Source of the DNA: Octopus sinensis
Taxonomy: Eukaryota
Direction: 5' to 3'
DNA: 64,000 nt
Assembly: GCF_006345805.1 (NCBI RefSeq)
Contig: NC_043000.1
Span: forward strand, 49,352,001 to 49,416,000
The notes beneath the pieces were generated by a model. The model had not been told where the DNA came from and did no database searches. It saw only the letters and a list, made by a program, of their open reading frames with translations. A program made the position numbers and the translations under genes. Position 1 is the first letter of the stretch. The number at the start of each line of letters is the position of its first letter. Positions 53,986 through 64,000 of this stretch are shown here, piece by piece.

Positions 53986-54498
53986 TTATGGCATGTAAAT
54001 GAAATGCAACAATCATTCCTCTAAATTTTTTCCAAACTTAAATCGTGACCTTTTCAGTAACTCGTTTTCCTCTCCCGTTCCGTTCACCGTTAAAATACAA
54101 TGAAATATATTTAGTTGTGTGTTTATTTCTGTCCTTTCGCGGAGCGTCGAAGTCTACAGAACTAGAACTCAGCTTCATTTCCTAAGACATTAAGTCGATA
54201 AGAGACAAGTCTCCGAGCAAATAGGACGTCAGCTAATCACAGGATTACCCGCAGTTCAGTCATGTGGGAGATTTATTCAATACTTAATACAGCGACTCGA
54301 TGAATGTTCCTGGTCGATTTTACAATTGCCCTCGTGTTTTTATTGTTGTTTAGCCCGGAGTCAGGTGATGACTGAACAGATTTATGATCAAAAGCATTCT
54401 TTTTATGCCCATCTAGTACTTCTGTTGAGCATTAAGTATATAACTATATGGAGCAAAATATCTTTCGGTTTTCAGACATATGTAATTTCCTAAACATT

Positions 54499-54915
54499 AG
54501 GCATAGGAGTGGTTGTGTGGTAAGTAGCTTCCTTACGAACCACATGGTTCCGGGTTCAGTCCCACAGCGTGGCACCTTGGGCAAGTGTGTTCTACAATAG
54601 TCTCGGGCCGACCAAAGCCTTGTGAGTGGATTTGGTAGACGGAAACTGAAAGAAGCCTGTTGTATATATGCATATATATATATATGTATGTGTGTGTATA
54701 TGTTTGTGTGTCGGTGTTTGTCCCCCCACCCACCCAGCATCGCTTGACAACCGATGCTGGTGTGTTTACGTCCCCGTAAATTAGCGGTTCGGCAAAAGAG
54801 ACCAATAGAATAAGTACTAGGCTTACAAAGAATAAGTCCTGGGGTCGATTTGCTCGACTAAAGGCGGTGCCCCAGCATGGCCACAGTCACATGACTGAAA
54901 CAAGTAAAACAGTAA
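54499..54915 (+). mobile_element. Full-length SINE family A
   Basis: Family A head, body and tail are present. Confidence 0.9.
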
Positions 54916-55230
54916 TAATTTAGAACAAGGTCGTCCGTCATTCTCGTTGACGGCGGCGGTAATGCTGTGCGTCATGTCGTCAGCGTCATCGTCGTCGTTG
55001 GCAGCGTCATCGTCGTCTTCTGTGTCCACTTCGGAGTTGCCGGTGGTGCCATTGTCGTCGTCGGCCTTGGGCTTGCTGTCTTCGTCATAGTCGGCGGTGG
55101 CATCACTTGTCATCTTCCGTAAGAATGACGCTGCATCCTTCGTTGTCCTCGATGTACTTTGTTTTTCTTACTTGTAGTGCACCTGAGCACAGTACACAAC
55201 AATCTCTTTCATAATATAATATATAGACAA

Positions 55231-55600
55231 AGGAGTGGCTGTGTGGTTAGAAGCTTGCTTCCGAGTCACCTGGTTCCGGGTTCAGTTCCATTGCGTAGCA
55301 TCTTGGGTAAGTGCCTTCAGCTACAGCCTCGTGCCGATCAAAGCCTTGTGATTTTATTTGATAGGCAGAAACGGAAAAGAAGTTCGACGTGTATGTGTTT
55401 GCATGTTTGTGGTCCCCACCCCACCACCACCATTGCTTGACAACCAATGTTGGTGTTTACGTCACCGTGAGCTAGCTGTTCGGCAAAAGAGACCGATAGA
55501 ATAAGTGTTAGACTTACAAAGAATAAGTCCTAGGGTCGATTTGTTCGACTAAAGGTGATGCTCCAGCATGGCCGTAGTCAAGTAACTGAAACAAGTAGAA
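55231..55600 (+). mobile_element. SINE family A
   Basis: Family A head, body and tail are present. Confidence 0.87.
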
Positions 55601-56764
55601 GTAATTGTATTTGTGTGCTTGTACATGTATATATCATTCCACTATGCTAGAAGTTGAATAATATTCTTAAGGCCGCAATTTACTCACATGCAGCACTTTT
55701 CAGAGCTCGTTGCTAATTGAACCAAATTGAACACTGTTAACATTTTTGAAGAAGACTGGTATATAGCTACATTTTGGCATAAAAAATTGAGATTTGGTCC
55801 AGTAGAAAAAAGTTTACATCAAAATTTGTAGTACCGTCATAAGAGAGTAACACCTCCAATCAAGATTAGATATAAATAACTTTTTTTATTTCAAAAGTAA
55901 AATATATTTATCTTAACTTCAATGATAGAAGAAAGTATGAAGAATTTTGTAGTTTTGTTCCCATGCAACAAAAATTTGTATAAAAAAAGGTGAGGTAAAA
56001 TATCATGAAATAAGTAAGGCAAAAAATTGGATTTAAGTATAATTAACATTTTTATTTTAAAAACAAATTATATTTTAATTAAACTTAAATAATAGAGCTC
56101 AATTCAAGGAATTTCATGGTATCAATCTCATGCAATGAAGTTTTAAAAGAAAAAAGTTATGAGAGTTTGCTTCTTACATTTGAGGGTGATAATATAGTTC
56201 TATACTGTTTTATGAATATAGTTCTATAAGGGGACTTCTATATATGTCACCAGCGTCATTGAGGTAAGGAAAAATTATCAATGACACTGCTAATTGACAC
56301 ACTTGACATTATTGATTAGCGTAATAGCTTAGCCTGGAAAAACATGGATTACATGGAAAAATACGAGCAAGAGAAATAATATTCTTAAGATTATAAACCT
56401 GAAAAATCACAGGACAAGTTATTACACTTGGAAAAGTTCAGGACAACTTATTACATCTGGTAAAGTACAGAGCAAGAAAATTTTTACTTAAAATATTGCA
56501 GCTAAGGATAAAGTTTGAATTTTAAAAATTGTTTGATTTTAATTTACAAAGTAACATTATAAGTACCAATAAAGCTAAAGTTTTATGTAAAGTAGAATAG
56601 TATATATGGTAGGCAAATTCCTTGTGTAAAAAATAGGCATTGTTTGAGAGAGAATGAAGTGGATTATTAATGGAAAGCATTGATCTACTATAAACTTGTG
56701 TGAGGTATAAAGCACAGTAGAAAGGCACGGTTATGATAGGAAGAGAGGTAGATAGAAACTAATG

Positions 56765-57181
56765 AAGGCGGCGAGCTGGCAGAAACGTTAGCACACTGGG
56801 CAAAATACTTAGCGGTGTTTCTTCTGTCTATGTTCTGAGTTCAAATTCCGCTGAGGTCGACTTTACCTTTCATCTTTTTGGGGTCGATTAAATAAGTACC
56901 AGTTACACACTGGAGTCGATATAATTGAATTAATCTGTTTATCTGTCCTTGTTTGTCCTCTCTGTGTTTAGCCCCTTGTGGGTCGTAAAGAAATATGTAT
57001 TTCTTCTGTCTACGTTCTGAGTTCAAATTCCGCCGAGGTCGACTTTGCCTTTCATCCTTTCGGGGTCGATAAATTAAGTACCAGTTATGCACTGGGGTTG
57101 ATGCAATCGACTTAATCCTTTTGTCTGTCTTTTTTGTCCCCTCTATGTTTAGTCCCCTGTGGGCAATAAAGAAATAAGAAA
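56765..57181 (+). mobile_element. SINE family B, dimeric form
   Basis: Same dimer junction as at 10505 and 30917. Confidence 0.88.
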
Positions 57182-58044
57182 CTAATGTTCATAACGAACG
57201 ATAAACATACAGAGTGATAGACATTAAGAGTAAGGGGGAAATATACAGAAAAGATTAGTCAATACCATTATGGGCAGGGAAGTAGAGTTAAGGGTAAGGT
57301 ATGAAGAAGACCATATTGTATAATGATAACATCAAGTGTGGGCAGTGTATTTGAATTATCAGACAACCAACAAGTGGGTGTGAGGGTTACAAAAACAAGA
57401 TAAAGAAGATCTACCAAAGGTAGCAGTTTGGCATTGCAGTGTAAGCAGTGTGCGGAAAGGGTTACACCAATTAAGGAAAGGGTTACACTAAGTATCAGGA
57501 AGAGATGCTATTGGATAAAGAAGGAAAAATATGTATAGGGTTAAAACAAACCCAGCTATTGTGGGGTTCTGGAGGATTAAATGATTGTAACAATGAAGAA
57601 ATAGTATTTAAATTGTAAAATCAGTCAAGGGTGAAAAATATATTAAGAGGATGCTAGATGAATAATAAAGAAATGTGTAACAGATTAAAACAAAATAAAG
57701 TAAATATATTGATTTAATTTAAATACTTTAAATAAGCAAGTAAAATAGATCTATTTGGTGCCGGTGAGCATTATGCATAAGACAATCTATTCTTGAAATA
57801 CCTTGTTCCTTCTTTTTATGTATACGTTAATTCTTAGATATATGTATATGTGTGTATTTATTTATGTGTGTGTGTATTTAGATATCTATATAAATACATG
57901 TGTATTTAGATATTTATATATACACGTGTGTGTGTGTGTGTATAAATGTATGTATGTATACTTGGATGTTTACCACTTCCGAGGTTCTGCTCACTAAGAA
58001 ACATATGAAGCCCAGATCTTATCTACTCCATTCCTTAGCTCTTG

Positions 58045-58084
<40 letters not shown>

Positions 58085-58489
58085 CATACATATACACACA
58101 CACACAGAAACAAACATATATACATATATATAATTTTATCTTTTATTTATTTCAGTCTTTTATTTGTTTAATATGTATTAGGCTAATCTTCAGGTTAAGG
58201 ATATTTTGATTAAATGAAAGTTTACATTGTCACAGATATTTACCACTCCCAAGGTTCCACTTGCTATGAAACATATGTAGCACGGATCTTATCTACTCCA
58301 GACCTTAACTCTTGTATTCTTATTCACATACCTGGCCACTCAGGTTGCCTACCATGAAATATCGAAAGAACTTTTTTCACTTCATTGTACTTCAATACAA
58401 AATAGATCCACAACATTTCATCTCTATAAACCACCAATTGTCCCAGAAGGTTGTTTTTATATTTACTATGGATTGCTTTTGTACCCAGT

Positions 58490-58770
58490 TATGTATGGGA
58501 TGGCATAGATTGTACATAACACATCCCTCGCACTGTTGCAGAAGGTACTATATTTACAAGTTTTGATGTCACCAATATCTATACTAATATACCTCACACT
58601 TTAGGCCTAGAAGGAATCACACACTGGGTAGAGAAACATAGAGGACGGATAAATGAATGCTTCAAGACTGACTTCCTCACCAAGGCCACACGCCTACTAC
58701 TAGAAGAAAATACCTTTAGATTCGACAATAAAACATATCAACAGATAAGGGCATGGCTATGGGGTTAGGA
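58490..58770 (+). mobile_element. Penelope-like element RT fragment
   Basis: Manual translation gives TSFDVTNIYTNIPHTLGLEGI...LLLEENTFRFDNKTYQQIR[fs]MAMG, matching PLE RT motifs. Confidence 0.85.
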
Positions 58771-58928
58771 GGCACAAGCACTTAGACATGTACACACATG
58801 ACAATAACTTCCACCTACCAAATTCAGTTACAAGGCTTCGGTTGGCCTGTAACTATATAAGGTGCCACGCAGTGGGACTAAACCCAAAATATATGTATGT
58901 ATATATATATATATATATATATAATTGA

Positions 58929-58985
58929 TTAAGTAACCAGAAGATGGATTTGGTATTAACCAAATCCCATCTTCTGGTTACTTAA
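58929..58985. repeat. Hairpin with a 26-27 bp stem and 4-nt loop
   Basis: TTAAGTAACCAGAAGATGG-ATTTGGT, loop ATTA, ACCAAATCCCATCTTCTGGTTACTTAA. Confidence 0.9.
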
Positions 58986-59276
58986 TTATTACTATCTCAA
59001 CTAACACTGCAGAATTCCTAAAGTAAATCCAATGGAAATATACCCTGACCTCAAATGACACCACGTAGCCCAAGCCGTGCCAGTGCTCTACTCAACACTT
59101 CGACACACTAATCAATATATACCCATCAGTCCAAAATATTACATATATATATATATATATATATATAGTAGTAACAAACTGAGGAAAAGAAATCCTTCAA
59201 AGGGGTGTGTTAAATATCCAATTCACTAGTGCTTCAGTTGGATACCATATAAATATTGGTATAATTCAATTATAAA

Positions 59277-59534
59277 GATAAATTAAATATAGAGATGTTC
59301 TATTGACACTCAATAATTTATTTATATTACAATATTACATTAAAAGCTATGAATACAATATATTACATAATAAAACATAACATATACAAATAATTATAAA
59401 AACCGTTTTTGTAATTATTTATATAACATTATGTTATGTTTTCTGTTATATATTATATTCATAGTATTTAATGTAATATTTTAATATAAATAAATTATTG
59501 AATGTCAATAGAATAGCTCTACATTTCATTTATC
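59277..59534. repeat. AT-rich imperfect foldback palindrome (about 128-bp arms), MITE-like
   Basis: The arms align across the centre AAAAAC-C-GTTTTT, with moderate divergence. Confidence 0.82.
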
Positions 59535-60106
59535 ATTATATATATATATTATATGGAGAAAATAGAGAATTTTAACTGATGAAATTCAATCTATTAACAT
59601 ATTGTCAAAATTCTCTGTAAGCCACAATTTGTTCCCATATTTAACTCAATCAGTTACAAATTAATAAATAAAAAGTAGAAATATTTAACTCGCTATTTCA
59701 AGATGCAATTTTTTATATACCTATGTACCGAACTGTAATAATCATTATACTCCGTAATATTCTTAATTGGTACCTATTTAAACAATAAACACCGATACTA
59801 TTAAGTTATTCTAGGCTCTTGAACTTTTGCATTGATATATAAAATTAAACCGGCAAAGCTTGGATGTTCACATCCCTTTTAAGAGATATTTGTATACTCA
59901 AAATGTTTGCATGTGTGTGTAGATATATAAAGCAGATGTACAAATAGTACGATCATTGCAAGAAATAGCAGCCAGTAAGTTTACGGCGATAAGTAGAGCT
60001 TTATTGAATATTTACTGGCAGATATGTGTGTGGGTGGTGAATATAAGAAAATTCTCTCTTACCTCTGCAGGAATAAAGGACATATATATATATACGTGTA
60101 TGTATT

Positions 60107-60146
<40 letters not shown>

Positions 60147-60780
60147 TATATGTATGTATGTATGTATTTGTGTATGTATGTATAATGCATTCATATATTG
60201 TATATATCTTTGATATCTATTTTAACATTGTAACAACTTGCGAACTAACACTTATGTGCAAAGGAATACAATAGTTTTAAATCGCAAAAATGTTTCTCAC
60301 ACAATACATTTATTCCTTACAGCAACCCTCAACTCTTAATAGAGTCCTAGGGACGCTGTTGTCTCATACTACCCCACCAGTTCAAACCACAAGAGCGTCA
60401 TAATTTGTTAGATGAAAGTCAAATTGCTTAACAGCCTGATTTTCATGGGACATTACTCATTAAATATTACAAGAGTTATTTCCCTTATATTCATTTGTTC
60501 CGTTACGGATCTATTAACGAGAAATTTTGCTATCATGAAATTAACTACTTTCCAGATATAATTTTTTTTTCCTTCATGTCTTACCTTTTACTTGTTTCAC
60601 TCTCTCCACTTCGGCCTCGTTGGTGCACCTCCTTGAAACGTTTAGCCGAAGAAATCGAACCCAGTACTTACTTTTAAACCAAGTATTTATTCTATCGAAC
60701 CTCTTTGCCAGACTATTAAATCTAAGGAAGTGTAAACAAATAAACATTGGCTCCAACTAGTCGGCGGGGAGTGGGGCATA

Positions 60781-61360
60781 CACATTATTTACATTCGACG
60801 GATATTTGTCTTCATCTTGTTTGCTGTTAACACAACGTTTCGGCTGATATACCCTCCAGCCTTCTTCAGGTGTCTTGGGGAAATTTCGAACCTGGGTTAT
60901 CATTCCTAAGGTATTTTTCGATGTTATTATCATCATTATTATTATTATTCAGGTCACTGCCTGGAATCGAACTCGGAATCTTGGGGTTAGTAGCCCGCGC
61001 TCTTAACCACTACGCCATTGCCCGTAGGCACACAACCACTACGCCATTGCCCGTAGGCACACAACCACTACGCCATATGCCCGTAGGCATATGGCATAGT
61101 GGTTAAGAGCACGGGCTACTAACCCCAAGATTCCGAGTTCGATTCCAGGCAGTGACCTGAATAGTAATAATAATAACATCATCGAAAAATTCTTTAGAAA
61201 TGAGAACCCAGGTTCAAAATTTCCCCAAGTTATGAAGGCTGGGGGGTATATCAGCCGAAACGTTGTGTTAACAAACAAGGTGAGGATAAATATCTGTCAA
61301 TTGTAAATAATGTGAATAATGTACATAATTCCTCATCTCTTCAATATAGAACTGTATCTT
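60781..61360. mobile_element. Head-to-head pair of tRNA-headed, hammerhead-bearing short elements
   Basis: Minus copy at about 60781-61017 and plus copy at about 61090-61360. The central hairpin has loop CGTA at 61082-61085, and 29-bp repeats start at 61005, 61034 and 61063. Confidence 0.85.
60829..60874 (-). ncRNA. Minimal type I hammerhead ribozyme
   Basis: GACAC-CUGAAGA-A-GGCUG(GAGGGUAUAU)CAGCC-GAAACGUU-GUGUU has a 5-bp stem I, a 5-bp stem II, an intact core, palindromic ACGU as stem III and a GUU cleavage triplet. Confidence 0.75.
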
Positions 61361-61473
61361 CATATATCTTCAGTGGATCAGTGAGCATGGGTGTTGAGAA
61401 GTAGCAATACAACTCATAGGTGGTGGTTTCAAATCTCTTTCAGAAATTACAAGAGATGTGCTTAAAATTTTAA

Positions 61474-61870
61474 TAGGCACAGGGGTGACTGTGTGGTAAG
61501 AAACTTGCTTACCAACCACATGGTTCCGGGTTCAGTTCCACTGTGTGGCACCTTGGGCAAGTGTCTTCTACTATAGCCTCGGGCTGACCAAAGTCTTGTG
61601 AATGGATTTCACAGAGAGAAACTGAAAGAAGCCCATCATATATATGTTTGTGTGGGTGTGTGTATGTCTGTGTTTGTCCTCCCAACATCGCTTGACAACC
61701 GATGCCGGTGTGTTTACATCCCTGCAACTTAGCAGTTTGGCAATAGAGCCTGATAGAATCAGTACTAGGCTTAGAAAGAATAAGTCCTGGGGTTGATTTG
61801 TTTGACTAAAGGTGGTGCTCCAACATGGTCGCAGTCAAATGACAAACAAATAAGAGTAAGAGTAAAAGAG
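61474..61870 (+). mobile_element. SINE family A
   Basis: Family A head, body and tail are present. Confidence 0.87.
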
Positions 61871-61936
61871 TATATATACACACAGATACACACACACTTA
61901 AAACATGGTTACATATCCATCTATCTATCTATATAT

Positions 61937-62205
61937 AACGTAAAGTATAATAGCCATCTCAATATGGCTAAGCACAAAGGGTGGGTGTTACTGTAGCTTT
62001 TAGCCCCAGGAGATCATCATCTCCAGCTGGCTTTAGGCACACTATCTGTGCCCTTACGGTATTTGCAAAGGGAGGTCATATACCATAAGGGCACAGATAG
62101 TGTGCCTAAAGCCAGCTGGAGACGATGATCTCCTGGGGCTAAAAGCTATAGTAACACCCACTCTTTGTGGTTAGCCATATTGAGATGGCTATTATACTTT
62201 ACGTT
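61937..62205. repeat. Foldback element with 126-bp arms and a 17-nt spacer
   Basis: Arms 61937-62062 and 62080-62205 have 5 mismatches and no indels. Confidence 0.93.
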
Positions 62206-62252
62206 GTCGAGCGGTTACTGTTTACATCTCGTCCAGAGATTTATTATTGCTA

Positions 62253-62294
<42 letters not shown>

Positions 62295-62397
62295 GAATAG
62301 ATAGATAGATAGATAGATAAAGTTGTTCATCACTTTTTCAGTCTGTGGAGAAATGGTTAAAATTTACCGTCTATAATTATACCATATGTTGTATATG

Positions 62398-62463
<66 letters not shown>

Positions 62464-64000
62464 AAAAGTAACAAAGTTACTCAAGGGCCAACAAGAGTTT
62501 CATGCATTAGTCAAACTAGTGACAAATCAAGGAAGTAGTTTGATAAATGCTTGCACACGATACTCTGAGGCATTGAGTTACTCTGTTACACACAACAAAT
62601 TCTTTCAGTTTCCATCTATCATATCTTCTCACAAGGTCTTGTACTAGAGCAGATGGCACTTTCTTAATATATCTTAAATAATTTAAATGCCATGTATAGA
62701 ATTCAAATTCGACTGTCAGACAAATTGCTCTTTTCTCTTCCTGAGATAATGAAATAAAGCTCTACTAATATACTTATATCATTTCCATTGAAAATATCTC
62801 AGAAAACAAAATTTACTTTCTACATAATCTAAGGAAATCTGTATATGTAATCTAATGTTATCTAAAACAGATGCTACATAGTCACAATATATTTAATGTA
62901 TTCCTATAAATATATATATAAAACGTGTGTGTGTGTGTGTAAATATATATAGTCAATCTAAATAAACAAGCAATTCAGATAAATGAATAAAATTAATGGA
63001 GAGCATGAGGACAAGCACAAGGTATGTATTAGCTCTATGCTTGGGGAAAAGAGAGAGTTTGACGTTTTGAGCATAGCTCTTCCTCGGAAAGGAGAAAGGG
63101 AAAAGTCGAAAAAAGGTGATTTCTTTATCACCAACACCGCATGTGTAGTTACATTGCTGAAGTAAGTTTATGTGTGTGTGTGTGTGTATGTGTGTATAGA
63201 TAGACTGATATTTCAACTAGAATATCATTATCATCATTTGGTGTCGAGGTAGATTTTTGTACCAGGTGCTCTTCCTGTCACAAACACTTGCCTGTTTCCA
63301 AGCAAGATAATGTTTCCCATGACCACACATTTTTTTTCTACTGGAGACCAGAAACAAATGACTTTGCATGTATGATTAAAATGTTCGTTTACAGCTTTCA
63401 CATGATTCACAGCAAGGTTACACACAACCACATATACATACAATCATGCATACATATGTACACACACACACACACAAACGATGGGCCTCTTTCAGTCACT
63501 GTCAACTAAATATTTTCACAACACTGTGGTCAGACCAGAGCCATAGAAAACACTGCCCAAGGTACCATACAGTAGGATTGAACATGAGACCACATCATTG
63601 GGAGACATGCTTCTTAATCACACTGGTGAACAAAAATCTAAATACTCCGTTTATGACATTAGATTAACTGGTCATATGATATAAAGCTTGTGAATGGATA
63701 AAGAATTAGAAAATTCTTTCCTGCAGTTAAAATGTGGTAACATAGTTCTTTATAGAACAGCCATGTTATAGTGGCAAAAAAAGTATTACCGTCTAGTATT
63801 GTTCCTAGTTACTGAGTTACTCAGTTACACACAACGAATTCTTTCAGCCATGTTATAGTGTTATTTTAGAACTTTGCTTATTTCAAGATCTACAACTGTC
63901 TGCAGCTTCTCTGTTCATATACTGTAAATAGGGACAATTGACTGCTGTCTCTAGCAGGCAGGTGTCCAGTACCAATGAAGAGTAAAGACTCAGAAACCAT

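Noticed and set aside
59172-59215. Hammerhead-like CTGAGGA-AAAG..CCTT-CAAA after (TA)n
   Set aside because: GAAA is broken and the cleavage triplet is missing. It may be a decayed PLE motif but cannot be supported.

Overview
AT-rich, repeat-saturated eukaryotic DNA, most likely from an octopus or other coleoid cephalopod. This is inferred from the tRNA-derived SINE families and the extreme microsatellite load, and is not verified. I could not recognise any host protein-coding gene, and most ORFs in the supplied track are microsatellite translations. The window contains: a near full-length RTE LINE with a PHD finger inside its RT region, one base away from an intact ORF (41877-46315, minus); five mariner copies or remnants from several lineages; two CR1-group 3' fragments; a CRE-like restriction-endonuclease non-LTR remnant; Penelope-like (PLE) fragments; hAT and Tigger-like MITEs; a possible solo LTR; dozens of SINE copies; and several long foldback palindromes. 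The most interesting structure is at 60781-61360: a head-to-head pair of short elements, each joining a tRNA-derived Pol III head to a minimal hammerhead ribozyme. A second, variant hammerhead lies at 53146-53180. SINE family letters A-E are my own labels, and SINE and microsatellite boundaries are approximate.
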